The notes under the pieces are model-generated. The model was not told where the DNA came from. It saw nothing but the letters and a program-made list of their open reading frames with translations, and made no database searches. 64,000 nucleotides of DNA from Epiperipatus broadwayi. Lineage: Eukaryota; Animalia; Onychophora. The translations under genes were made by a program, and so were the position numbers. Below are positions 37,050 to 50,109 of this stretch, piece by piece (position 1 is the stretch's first letter; the number at the start of each line of letters is the position of its first letter). The stretch lies in contig JAQFVV010000004.1 of NCBI GenBank assembly GCA_028023455.1, positions 12,400,001-12,464,000 of the forward strand, read 5' to 3'.

Positions 37050-37820
37050 ATAAAAGGTAATCAACCCTCACACATGTGCTGTATTGTTATTTTTGTTGAT
37101 TGTGAAGAAAACTCTTGATCCAAGTCACATGATAAAGACTTTGAAAAAATAAGAGTGGCCACTTTAACTTTGTACTGAAATGCAATTATATAGATCAACC
37201 TTAAATATCTCAGCTTGACAGCATGAAGATTTTATATTATTCACTTTACTGTGTGTAAATATTAAGAGATGTTGAATGAATGTAATTGATTAAGATATTT
37301 ACTAGTGCAATTTCAAACTGTAATTTTATGGACAAGATAATCAACCCTCATGCCTACGGTGTACTGTTAATTTAAATCAACGTTAGATTGAGAGTTACCT
37401 CACTGTTAACCAAAACAACATTGATTTAAAATAACATTACAGAGCATGTGTGAAGGTTTATTACCTCTGTTTAAAATTACAGTTTTGTAGTCAATTACAT
37501 GAATTATAAAATATCTTAATATTAACATGCAGTAAATCTGGAAATTTCCTGAGTATTAATATGCATAATAAAGAAAATTTAAGTAAAGTGAATAATATAA
37601 AATCTCCATGCTCTCAACCCAAAATACTTAAAATTGGCCTATATAATTGCACTTAGGTACAAAGATAAGATGACCAATCATCTTTTCAAAATCTCTATCA
37701 TGCGATTTGGATAGAGATTTCCTTACAGTCAACAAAAACATTGATTTAATATAACAGTACAGTGCATGTGTTAGGGTTGTTTTTTTTTCTACTTGAAATT
37801 GTAGTTTGAAACTGTGCTGG
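37050..37820. repeat. Nested tandem and inverted repeat (family D)
   Basis: 37055-37250 versus 37575-37780 and 37312-37385 versus 37420-37492 are diverged reverse complements. Confidence 0.7.
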
Positions 37821-38329
37821 TAAAATATTTTCAATAATTTTTAAAGTCCAAAAATAACTATGACTTATTATTAGTAGTATGAACGTTTTTGAGACTTGTA
37901 AATTTTTACAATCCAATAATTGTTATGATAAAATTGTTATCAATTGTCAGCTCTAAACCATTCAGAAAAATCAGATATCATAGATTTCATATTGGTAATA
38001 AATAAAAAAATGTCAAAAACATATATTTTAAACTGATGATTTCAAACTCATTAGTAAAAAATAGTTACAAATAACTATCGAGAGAAGCCACTTTCAAATG
38101 TAATACATGAAACATTCATTATTTAATCACCACACCATTTGAAAATATTAGCAGATCACTTTGCACATATATACATTTTAGGAAACTTTTCAGGTGACTG
38201 GAGTGATGCCAAACATTTTCACAATTATAACAAATGCACATGTTATAATAATAGTAATTAATCATCTAATTTGGTATTAAATATGAATAAGCATGGTAAT
38301 AAGATTTATAGTTTTAAGCAAAATAGTCT

Positions 38330-40400
38330 ATAAGTTGTGAAGAATAAATAATTCTACTAATAAAGTTATTTTTTCTGATATTAAGTTAAATGATAGAGAA
38401 TTAGAAATTTTTATTAAAGCTTCTAATTTTGTTCCTTTTCATTTAAAAAATATAGCTTTTGACACAATTTCATCTACTGAATCTAATTAGTTTAAATGAT
38501 AAGCACAAAATTGGCATTTAATTGGTTTTAAATAAAAGTTTAAAAAGAAAAGAAAAATTTATCAATAATCCTGCAGAATTTAGACATCTTAAGAATAGGT
38601 TAATTACTGATGATGTGATCATGTCTCATGAAGACAAAAGTGAACAGTTTGTCATTATGAAAGAAAAGGAGTTTAGGGAGAAAATAGATAAAGAAGAAAA
38701 TAGATAAAGAATTAAATAATGGTAAATATATGTTTTTAGAAAAAGATCTTGGTAGTGTGATTAAAAGAAAATTAATAGATATTATAAAAAAAATGGAAAT
38801 TTGAAAATTTTAAATAGAGTAGATTATTTAAAATGTTATCTTAATGATTTTATATCAGTTAAGATGTTTATAAATATTAAGATTCATGAAGATGGTTTTC
38901 ATTTAAGATTTATTTTTGACTTGATAGGTAATGTTGCTGAGGAAATTTCTAAGTTTTTGAATAATTTTTTTAAATAATTTGTTAATTTTGGTCATTATAC
39001 GGTTTCTTCTTCAAAGCAATTGGTATTTGGTAATTTGGATATTGTGAATATGTATCAATCTGCTAATAGATTAAACAGTAAAGATGTTTTTATGTCTGTG
39101 TTGATTAAAATTGGATCTTTGTTAAATAATAAAATTAAAGTTATTAAAGATTTGCTTTCATTATTGGATTCTACATATTTTACTTATAATATGGTAATTT
39201 TTATAAGATTAGGAAAGAGTGGATAATAGGTTATATTATTTCTCCTTTAATTTGTTCAGTTTATATTAATTATTTAGAAGGGGAAATATTTATTAAAAAG
39301 AATTGCATTTATTTAAAAGTTACTTGTTACATATGTTGATGTTCGTTTGTAGTTGAAAATGATAAATTGAAAGAGTTGATAAATGAGTTTAATCATGCTA
39401 TAAAATATGTTGTAGAATGAGTCATGTTACATTTTGTTAAATTAAAATTTTTAGCTTTATCAGTGATAAGAAATGTGAAGAATAATTGTTTGATATGTAG
39501 TTACTAAGTTAAGAATAAGAATTTAAGATCTATAATTAAACCTGATAGCTATTAATCTGTATCTCATAAGGTAGATAGCTGCTTTAAGAAATTATTGCTA
39601 TAGAAATCAGAGATTAAATAATTCTAATGAGATAGGTATGTTTCAAAAAGGTCAATTTACTAAAGATTACTTGGCTATTCTGATAAATTTGTTAAACTAT
39701 ATAGTAATAATTATGTTAATGTTAATAAATGTAATAATGTGAAGGATAAAAAAATGATTTTATTTCTTTGCCTTTTAAATTGCTTCTTATAGAATTGTAA
39801 GTAAAAATTGTTTTCAAATAAAAAAAATGCTTGGAAAAGGGGTATTACTTTGAATAATTCATTAAATAATGTAATGGAAATTTTTGGTAGAAAAACTATT
39901 CCTGGAGTCATGTATATTATCACTTATTATTGAAAGAAGGTGAATATAGGTCAGAGTAGCTTACGCTCAAATGAAAGAATATAAAAATAGGGTTAGAAAT
40001 AAACATCTCAGTTCTGCTTTATATATCTATGAAAAAGATATAGGGCACACTATTAATTTTGATGAAGCTAATGTTATCTTCTTTGAAAAAAATGAAATAA
40101 AAAGAATTAAAGAATGTTTATTATTAAAAATTTATGATTCTGAAGCAATTAACTTGTTTAAAACTTCCTTTAACACTAAGGATATATAGCATATATGTGA
40201 AAATTGTGGCAAATATATAACATAAATTGGTTATCTTTAAGTTCTTTACACTTGGGAAGTTTGCTTGTAATAGTGGAACCATTGGTTGTGTTTTAGAGTA
40301 TATTTCTTTGGTTAGTCTGATTTAGTTTTGATTTTGGAGTGATTTTGATTATATTATTACTTGTACATTTCATGCAGACTTTTGATATATATATATAAAT
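38330..40400 (+). mobile_element. Decayed near full-length Penelope-like element (RT, GIY-YIG, 3' UTR)
   Basis: HEDKSEQFVIM (KADK region), LDIVNMYQS (motif A), YVD at about 39335, GVMYII...IGQS...RMKEYKNRVRNK..SSAL...IGHTINFDEANVI. Confidence 0.75.
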
Positions 40401-40999
40401 CTTCTTGAATCTGAGATCATCGTTTTCAAGATGACATCCTTTGATACTAAAGGTGATTGGTTATTAAAGTGAACTAAGGGAAACCTATTTGGTTTTGTAT
40501 ATATATATATATGTTGTTTGTATCTAGTTGAATTTCACTTGACACTGTTTATTGTTAATAGGTGAAACCATGGTCACGACAGAATTTTAGTAAAATTTTA
40601 TTTTCTGGCTACTATTTTCATATTATATATATTGAATGGGATGTTAGATCCGATTCAATGGTTTCATTACCAAAAATAAAAACCTTTTATTTTAATTAAA
40701 TTTCTAATGTTAAAAAAAGTTTAAAATTATTTAAAAGGTGTTTATAAGAGTACATGTATTAACACACATACTCGTTTATGTTTAAAATATATAAGTTTAT
40801 TTTTTTAAAATTGACTTCTAAAAAAGTTTTATTTTACCACATGTTTTTACTTTTTTTTTTTTTTTCAAAATTAATTAAAAGCAAGCAAACTTTTTAATGG
40901 CATTCCTGTTTCTTTTAGTTTAATTAAAATCCATTTTTAGTTTCATTTTAATAGCGGAAATTTAATTTTGTGTTGTTTTTTTATTAGAAGTTAATCCTT

Positions 41000-43200
41000 G
41001 GTTAGAATTTTTAATTAGGTTTGAGCAGGAGATAAAGAATTGCCCTGGCCTCAGGCATAGAATTGAACAAGAAGAAGGTTTTCACAGAAGATTGGAGGGG
41101 GTATAACTAACTCCAAAAATTTCAGGTTTTTATTCTTTGCTTGACTAAGCTAATTCAGTTTCTCCATGATTCATTCAGCATCTTATAATTTTGTTATTCG
41201 CCATTATATTAGCTTGCTGAAATTTGTAGTGTTGTCAGCTTGGACATTGAATTTCTTTTTAAAAAATTTGCTGTCCCAACATGTCCAAATCCATTGCTAT
41301 AAGTATGATAATCTAAAACATTCCTTGCTAACTGAACTAAGGACAGACTTCTAATTCCATGCTGCTCTTTTGTCATGCCGTGAATGTCTAAAGTAAACAA
41401 GATCCCAAAATATATCTCTACACTTGCCATCGTCAGGAAGAGAAGAGACCTGAAAATATGAAGTTAAAATAAAAGTCTGCACTCTTTTGAAAAACTACGA
41501 GCTTTGCTTTACCATAAGGTAAATACATTTTTTTATTCTTTCCAGGGTATATTCTTTAGTTAAATCTCCACTCAATCTAAAAATAAATATGTAGTGTCTT
41601 AATAATTATTTAATCTATTTATTATCTGTGTTTGCATGTCATTGTATTTTAGAGTGTGTCTTGGAATCTTAGTTTTAAGATTCCAAGTTTGTTTTGTTTC
41701 AGGTATTGGAGAGTGTATTGTGAGATTATGTTTTTATATGCTTAATATGTCTTCCTTTATTTTACTAACTCTTCCTAAATGCTTTAGCAATTTTTCATAA
41801 TTTTAATCTGCTCATCTATCCATATTTTATTGTCCAATAATTAATTTAAATTAGTGTGTTGCGCTTGTTACAAACCACAAATCTTTTGGCTGGCAGTTTA
41901 TCGAGTATATTGTTCTGTTTTTTCTTGGTAGAGGTTTTATTTTCTATAGTTAAGATTACATAGTCCGTAATCTCCCACTTTCTTTTGAGAAAATAACCTT
42001 GGCTGGTTTAAACATACCTGACCATGAGCATTTTGCAAAATTATGACATTCTTAGTTCCGACATTTCTTTTCCAGATTAAGAAAAGCTCATCTGCACTGT
42101 CACATTGGTTCTCCACATGCATCCCTTTTCCTAAATCTCTATAGAAGAAAAAAAAATGGAATTGGTTTAGGTGAACCACTAACAGGAAGATACTCTTAAT
42201 TCTCATTAAATTCTAGGTTTCTTTCTGATAAGGCATTTAATGTTTTCATATTTTCATCTCATATACACTTTCTGTTAATTTAACTTATAAAAATCTAGAT
42301 CAAGTTTTAGTATTTTGTTTACTAGATTTATTTTATCTTTTATAAGTTGCTTTAATTTTTATCAGAGCATGTACTGGAAATTTTGTAAATTTGTAATTCT
42401 AATTATTACACTTTCTTGAAATGCTTGGACAGATGTAACTAGTTTTCAAATTACTTACCTGTCTTTTATTGAGACCTTTAATTATCATTCTCTTCTTAGT
42501 TTTAAGCCAATCATTTGGTTGGTGATTCACCCATATTATATGTTTGTTTTTCTGAAATCAGAGGTTTAGCATTTTATTAATTTTAAATCACTTTCATTGG
42601 AGTATTTTCTAATTTTACTATTTCATTAAATTGGAGATATGAGTTTTCTCCTGTTTTATAATCAATACTCTGACATATTCATTTTTTTGTTGTTGCATTG
42701 TAATCAACCTTGGTGATCTTAAACATGATTTGTCCATGCAGCAGTCCTATAGCAATATGATGTCATTAGTCAATAAGCTAATGAATGCTCATCCATGCTG
42801 GTCCATTGATTCTTGTAAGAAACTTTCCATTGCTTTTTCTTTTTGAAAAAGGAAACCAGAATTGCTGTGGGTGAATTGTCAGGTAAAGAAAAATCTTTCC
42901 CTCCTTTCCTAATTCACTTTTAGGAAGTTAGTCTGTCTACCAGAATGTTGATTTTTTGTTCTTTCTAGTACACACCTGATTTAACCATATTTATTGTATG
43001 CCAATCTTTCTTTATAAATAAACTTTAAAATTGTTTAAACTTAATTTGGCTGACGTTTGTCAGAGTGCTTTTATTTCTCAATTGTCTGAACAATATTCAC
43101 GAGCTCTTGCTATTTCCCTGAATCTAGTCTGTGCAGATCATCATCCTCATCCACTTTTGATAACAGTAAACAAATTTTCCAGATATGCAATGATCTGGTG
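41000..43200 (-). mobile_element. Decayed L1/Tx1-like non-LTR retrotransposon
   Basis: ORF 41937..42206 region resembles K.WRPISL.N.DYK upstream of the RT; heavily frameshifted. Confidence 0.45.
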
Positions 43201-43559
43201 GAGCCCTCCGTGATTAAAAGGGGATCGAGTGTCTGGTACAATATATATATATATATATTGTACATACAATTAGGATTTTTAATTTATATGATGAAAAATT
43301 TTAGATTTGTTACATTTTTCTTAAATGAAAATGGCATTTATATCAACTATTACACTGGCATCCATCACTAATGAGCACTTATCTAAACTAAATTTTAATT
43401 GTTTTGATATAGAATATGAATCTACCTATTTTGACAGAGATGACAACATGAGTAAAGAAGTTCCAAGAATGGACAAAGAAAATAGTGATGACAAGAAAAG
43501 GCAAAATATTGTGCACAGTGCTAGGCTTGAATCTAAGAGATATGGAAAATATTACACCA

Positions 43560-43910
43560 CCATTACTCAATACTCCCATTAACTGAAAGATCTACCATTC
43601 TTAATAGTTGGAAACCTACCCCTGTAATTGAATTGAGACTGTCTTTCAAAATAATGATGTTGCATGGCATTATCGATATGCTATATTAGGATAGGGATTG
43701 GTCAAAAAAAAATCCATATTTTTATAATAGATGCCATGCTTATGAATTGTTTTAATTTTTCTAATAATGAAACTTTCTATTAAAAATGATTATCTATATC
43801 AAAAGCTCTATATAGCTCATAAAGTTATGGAACATTTGAGAAAAAACTTTAGATTTTTATATATTCCAGATCAGATTCTTAATTTGGATGAAAGTCTGGT
43901 CCTCTCCAAA
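43560..43910 (+). mobile_element. piggyBac-like transposase remnant
   Basis: F.NNE and HLRKNFR...PDQ.LNLDESLV resemble the DDE_Tnp_1_7 region around the first catalytic Asp. Confidence 0.6.
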
Positions 43911-44419
43911 GCATATTGTTACTGCAAAATAAACAATCCCACTTAGGGGGGAAAAGTAGCTTTTTTTGTTTACAATATATATATATGTAGCAGTCACATT
44001 TAAACAAAATTACATAATTAAAAAATTAACTATAATCTGGTGACTTAAAATATATTTAATTCATTATAAGGTAAATGGCTAAATTTCTATTCATTTTTAT
44101 TTATTTGAAAGTATATGTAAGTGAGCATGTATTTCTAAATTATAACTAGCATTTTAATGCTGAATATAAAAAACATAAATAGTATCAAAGTATATTTGTA
44201 GAAACTCACATAAAATGGTATGCTTGAGACAATCATATCACAGTTTAAAAAGTAAATTATAGTGCTATAAAATGTCTTGACATAAGATATCATATATCTT
44301 TAATGTTTTAAAAATTATATTAAGAAAATGACATTAATAAACATCAGTGAATGCAATTATATTATTAACTGCTTAATGCATATCTTTTATGATTCATAAT
44401 CAAAGTCTATATATCATCA

Positions 44420-44610
44420 CCTTTCATCACAGTTATGTCAAGTCCAAAGCACTGATGAAAGCCATAAGTAAGAAACTAATCTGGAGATAGTGTACTGAAC
44501 AGCACTAAACAGGAATTTGACAAGACCTACCAGCTAGCATCTATTGATTATTAATGCGCACACTAAGTGGTATAATTGTAATGGGAGAAAAGAGTTAGCT
44601 ACTGATTTCT
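44420..44610 (+). mobile_element. Old diverged family B copy with HHR remnant
   Basis: CTGATGA-AAGCCATAAGTAA-GAAA-CTAATC-TGGAGAT at 44452-44488; downstream aligns loosely to the family B sense strand. Confidence 0.65.
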
Positions 44611-45020
44611 AATCATATCATAATGTATATCAATAATTCTACTTCATGACTTATATATAGCATGGCTTTTACATTTAAAATCATTGATTCATTACTGAAC
44701 TGATTCATGTTGTATTAATATAAATATCATTAAAACCAGTCAATACTTAGATAATCCCAATATTAAACAATTAACAATCTCAAACTGTTGTCATGGCAAC
44801 CTCCTTTTTAACAATAAAGGTGGAATATGTAGTTCTAATGTTGTGAATCTATTTTTATATACATCAAGCCTTTAAAATATATAAAATTAGTTGATCTATA
44901 CATAAGTACAAAAGAAAAATTACATTAGTGATTTTTTTTTTAAAGAAAAAAAAGCTTCTCCTTATTGTTAATCTTTATTTACTGCCCTCTTTCAGCATAA
45001 GAATTACTATATATTCTTGA

Positions 45021-45484
45021 ATTAACCGAAATACAAGCTTATTATATACCTGTATCAATATATGTAATATATAGGGTATATGAGCACAGAGTTTCATACG
45101 ACCCACCACTCTCCCTCTATCTCATAACACTGACACACTTGAACACATATATGCTGAAAAGATAAATAATCATCAATAGATGTATTTCATGCTAAACCAG
45201 CAATCATCAGTTGGTCCAGATTATCATCTCCACACCCATATGCAATAAATGCTCAGATATATATTAAGATAGTCAATCTTCAGACTTTAATGAACAGGCT
45301 TCAATCCACTCCACACTCCAACCCTTCAACCGTTCATCCAATTAAAAATCTAATGATGAAACGCTCAAAGGCCACCCTGAGGCTAAGATTCTCATCACAC
45401 CCATGTTGACTTAAAGTCAACCTGAACCCTCATGTACAGGACCTAATACATTTAATACATATACGAGGGGTGGGCAGACATCTC
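45021..45484 (-). mobile_element. Family A1, about 460-nt full monomer with HHR (core intact, stems I and III mutated)
   Basis: Aligns to the 17.4 kb and 58.6 kb copies; TCATCAG 45204-45210; possible degenerate TSD tactat..tcttga. Confidence 0.88.
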
Positions 45485-46156
45485 TACTATGATCTTGACT
45501 AAAAAATAACGTTCTCAATAACAATAATGTTCCCAAAGAGTTATTAATATATTAGACTGCATAGCAATTGAACATATTTATCTATTTATTAAAATAAGCC
45601 TATGATCAATTCTCAGCTAGTATTTATTACAACCTAAGTTTTCAATTTGGCTATAAATAGGAAAATGATATATTACTTTAAACATTTAATTGATTGTTCT
45701 ATATGTTCACATTCCATATAGTAATATTGTCACTTGCATATATGCTAATTTTTAAATTGTTTATATTTTAATTTATTTTCACAAATTGTTTTTAAATTAT
45801 AAATTACTCTCAATTCATTTTAAATTAATACGAGTCAATTACTACTGTCAAATATTTAAATAAGAAGTTAAATATTCTGTAATCAATTAGCAGATAAATA
45901 TATTTATTTTAAATTTAATAATGATTTATTAAAAAGTTCTGTTCTTGACACTTTTATAATTATAAGACTGAGATACATTAATAATTTGGGGAAATTGTAT
46001 AAAACACAGAGATTAAATTTAAATTCTTCTTATACACACTTATATTTTAACAAATATTGACACCTATTAAAAGATTAGCATAATATTGCACCTTATTATT
46101 GGCAGAGTAAAAATTCACAAACATATAGCAATATAAATTATAAACTCAATCTATTA

Positions 46157-46238
46157 ATACATTGTACAGGCTTAAACCTGCATTTATATATGTAATATAT
46201 GCAGGATTCGAACTCAGACTTTCACATGACCCACTACT
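46157..46238 (-). mobile_element. Family A2 3'-end fragment
   Basis: Nearly identical to 36135-36217. Confidence 0.85.
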
Positions 46239-46664
46239 TATGGATATAAAAACAACAATAGGATGTGTTTTTTTTTGTTAAGTGACAATTTAATTTAATT
46301 TATCAGGATCTTTGGACCCTTACTTTCCATAAGCTATTTTTTTTAACAAACAATATTTATATAGAAATTAAGGCAAGGTAAATTAAAAAATAAATTAATA
46401 CAAAATTTAAAAAGGAGAAGAATCCATATCATAATACATATCATAAATAAATTAAAGCTTAGAAACATAATCTATTTTATAAATAATCCAGGTAGTGATT
46501 TGATTACATCCACCATTACAGGCATCAATAAAATTATTTTTTTGCCAAATGACTTAATACAATAATTTCTTAAATTGTACAATGTTTGTTAATTTTATCA
46601 GTATTTGATATGAATTTTAAATATACATCACTAATGCCATGATTTATTAATATAATTCTATTTG

Positions 46665-46781
46665 ACCACCAAACATCACATGATCACCATTCTTTATGCT
46701 TACACAAGCTGTTTCTTGCATCCAATGATTACCCTGGCTTGCACTGAGTGGTGCTACTGTTTGGACAATTTTGCCTCTGTA
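46665..46781. mobile_element. Family B short inverted insertion
   Basis: Antisense tail ccaccaaacatcacatgatcacc plus sense arm ending ttttgcct; 13-bp TSD ata(a/c)ttctatttg (46652-46664 and 46782-46794). Confidence 0.75.
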
Positions 46782-48199
46782 ATACTTCTATTTGCATTGT
46801 CATTTGTTAGGACGATATACAATATAACAATAAGGTACATATCAACATAAAGAAAGAGACTGAACTACCTAACAGACCATAGCAGTTGAAATAATTCTAA
46901 TTTTAATGATTATAAAACATAAGATTGGTAAAATAATAATAATAAAAAAAAGAAGAAATAATCACAACATTTAGATTTTCTGACAAAAATAAAAAGAAGA
47001 ATATGATTGCTAATGAAATATTCTATCAATTTCTTTTATATATCTAAACTTGTGCTCCAATTGTTCTAAAACTTTCTTTTAGAATATCCATGCATACCAA
47101 ATTATTAAAGTATTTAACCTCATATAAAAATAAACATTATTTGCAATTTATCTATTTACTTTGTATTACAATTTAACAATGTTACTAATTTCCTATTTTT
47201 AGTTTAAAAATATATATTTTAAATAAAATCTATTCATTAATTTTAATTTAGTTAGAAATCAATGTATACACGTACAAGATTTCACTTGTATTTTTAATTT
47301 TGTAGGTCTTTATAGCTATGTTGTGTTGTTAACCATAATATTTTTCAGTGATATATCTATATGTCAAACTGATTAAAACAGTGATAATGTTTAAATGAAG
47401 CAGCCATATTGAATGTTTAAAAAATTATGTTAAGCCACAAATGTTATAATAACTTAAGTTTGTATTATTCAAAAATGATATAATATATATTGTTTGAAAC
47501 ATAAAACACCAAAGAATGTAATGAAGCTGAAAAAATATATCCATTGATATTCAAAGTAATATATATATAAAAATAATATTTCTAAAAATTATTTTCATAT
47601 TATTTCTAAATTCTAAATTTTCACGCATTACTTTGAAGACTACACTTTTGTTAATAAATTATTTGCATTTGTCATTAAATTTCCAATAAATTGATATATA
47701 ATAGCACTTATCTAAGGTAATCCACCACTTGAATACTTCATAGAATAAAGATATTAGTACTTTTCTTTTTTCCTAGTAGCCCTTCAAAGTGTTTTTCCAT
47801 ACAGCGGTTTGCAAGGAATATGTCATCCCTAATAACAATCAGTTAATATTGATCAATAATTAGTATAATTTGAATATTATAATAAAGAACTTCAATAAAG
47901 TTTGTAATTTATTAAAAATTACTACTAAAAGAGTCATTATATACAAAATAAAATAATAAAACAAAATAAAAAGTGAATGAAATGCTAAATTCATTACAGA
48001 GTTAAACTTGAGGTACATAAGTTAGTTGTTTAGAGTCAGTGCAATGTAGTATTATTATTTATCCTACCTGTCACTTTGTGGAAACATTTCATCTTGTTAG
48101 ATAGAATTGACCTAAAATATATAATCAGGTGATTACTACAAAAAAAAATAGCTTACAATTAAAATAATACTACAACCAAGTGCAAATACAAATTACTGA

Positions 48200-48810
48200 T
48201 TAGAGCTATTGATGAGCATCTACATAAGGAAATCTTGGCCAAACTGGCATGCTAGTTGACACTCCTGAAGAAGGGTTGTGATGATTGAGATGTGTCACCT
48301 ATCACACTTTCACTGTGATAAATATCTATAGTACCTTGACCAGCATCTGAAGTTGTATCTTTGCCTGTATACAACTCCACATGGGACACATCCATTATGG
48401 CTAGCTGCACACATCCACCATTTGAATCCTCACTTTATAGGTTTTGAGGACACATATTGCTTCATGCTACTAGAACCAGTAAATTTAGTAATAGCTTCAT
48501 CAACTGATACATCTCTATCCATTTGATATGTAGCTTTAAAATTTATATTGCAGTAGTCTATAATTGGCCTAAATTTCTACACTCTGTCAAAATCTTTACA
48601 TTTAGCATTTGGCATATTTTTATTATTATTATTATTAAAATGTAGACCAGACAATATTGAATAAAATCTAAATTGGGTCATAATATTTGCAAAATATGAT
48701 TGTCTTAGTCTCATATCAGAACTCCAGATATCTTCTAATTTATGTACTGCACATATGGAGGAAATGTCCACTATCATGTCAAAAAATGCAGATAGTTCAT
48801 GATATGACAA
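48200..48810 (-). mobile_element. piggyBac-like transposase remnant
   Basis: ELSAFFDMIV...EDIWS...FANIMTQFRFYSILSGLHFNNN...DRV..RPI...VSVDEAITKFTG...KQY...KPIK.GFK. Confidence 0.82.
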
Positions 48811-49848
48811 ATTTACCCAATAGCAAGCTTTTATCGTTCAGTGTATATGTTAGTTTCAACAATAATTTTTTCAAATATTTTTTTTATCAAATAATAATTT
48901 TAAAAAATCTAGAATACTCACCAGTAATGGAAACCTTGAGTCTGGGAGACAGCAAAATTTTACCAGATAATGTCCATTGGCAAATCGTACAGATCTGATT
49001 TGGAAGATAGGCCTGAAGTACGCAGAGCTGCAGCACTTGTATTCATACATTTCTTGTTTAGTCCTCTTTTTTTCTGGTACTATATATAACTCTAAATTAT
49101 TGGGAGACAATTCATCAAAAGAGCTGCTACAAAAACCATCTGAGTTTCAAGGCTCACTTATTGGAAAATTACTATCTTCACTAGAATCATAAAATCTTGC
49201 ATTTTTTCCATTATAAATTTCAGGGTAAACACAATTCCATAAAAAATTAAAAAAACCTGAGAGAAAGACAAAAAAATTCAAATTAGTTGATTACAAAAAT
49301 TATCATAAAATTATCAATTTTTACCACAGAAAAATAAATCTTACATTTTCTGAAACTAGAAAAAAGGATGGAAAAGGAGATGTAAAAAGCACATGTGCAG
49401 ACTGCATAGATTTCCAGCAATTTTGAACAGAAACTGGATATTGCAAATTTGAAAATTCAAAACCACTGTGTGAGGGTGCAATAATGAAGTGGTTACCTCA
49501 TTATGAATTAAGTTATTTTTTTCTCCTAATTGCTAAACCATATAAGTGTTCTTATGTTGCCATGGCTATTTTTATAAGTAGAACTATTTCCTTTTAAATA
49601 ATGCCTCAGAATGATGTATGAATGACCCCGAAATATCATTAATGGCATTAAATGAACAACTAAAAATGTTATAACAAATTAATAATAATAAATAAAGAGA
49701 TAGAAACTAATTTTTACATGGCTTCTGCTGATTAATTAAGATATCAAAAGCAATATTTTTTATTAAGTAAATAAATAAAATATTTTATTATTAATAATCT
49801 TGAATATTACCAGAATGATCTATTTTAACATGTAATCTTGTAAGTTAA

Positions 49849-50109
49849 AAAAACAGGCAAAACTCTCCATACAGTAATGCCACTCAGTACAAGCCAGAAT
49901 AATCAATGGACGCCAGAAGGCTTATGCATAAAATCCCTATCTAGTGCCTACTCATCCAATATCCCCAGACTAGTTTCTAGCTTGTGACTTTCATCAGTGA
50001 GGAGCCTTGGATCTGAGAGCACTGCACCCAGATCTTACGATCCAATGCAAGCTTCCAATGTCTGTTTTAATAACAGTTATGAGCAAGCATAAGAAATGTT
50101 GATCATGTG
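49849..50109. mobile_element. Family B inverted insertion
   Basis: Arm 49849-50058 plus opposite-orientation tail 50059-50109; 15-bp TSD aatcttgtaagttaa (49834-49848 and 50110-50124). Confidence 0.88.
49954..50012 (-). ncRNA. Minimal type I hammerhead ribozyme (family B)
   Basis: ATCCAA ggc TCCTCA-CTGATGA-A-AGT cacaa GCT-A-GAAA-CTAG-TC-TGGGGA ta TTGGAT; palindrome ACTAGT, GUC site, bipartite stem I. Confidence 0.8.

Noticed and set aside
40550-40595. TTAATAG-GTGA..TCAC-GACA possible variant hammerhead after the 38-40 kb PLE
   Set aside because: Three core mismatches; cannot be distinguished from chance.
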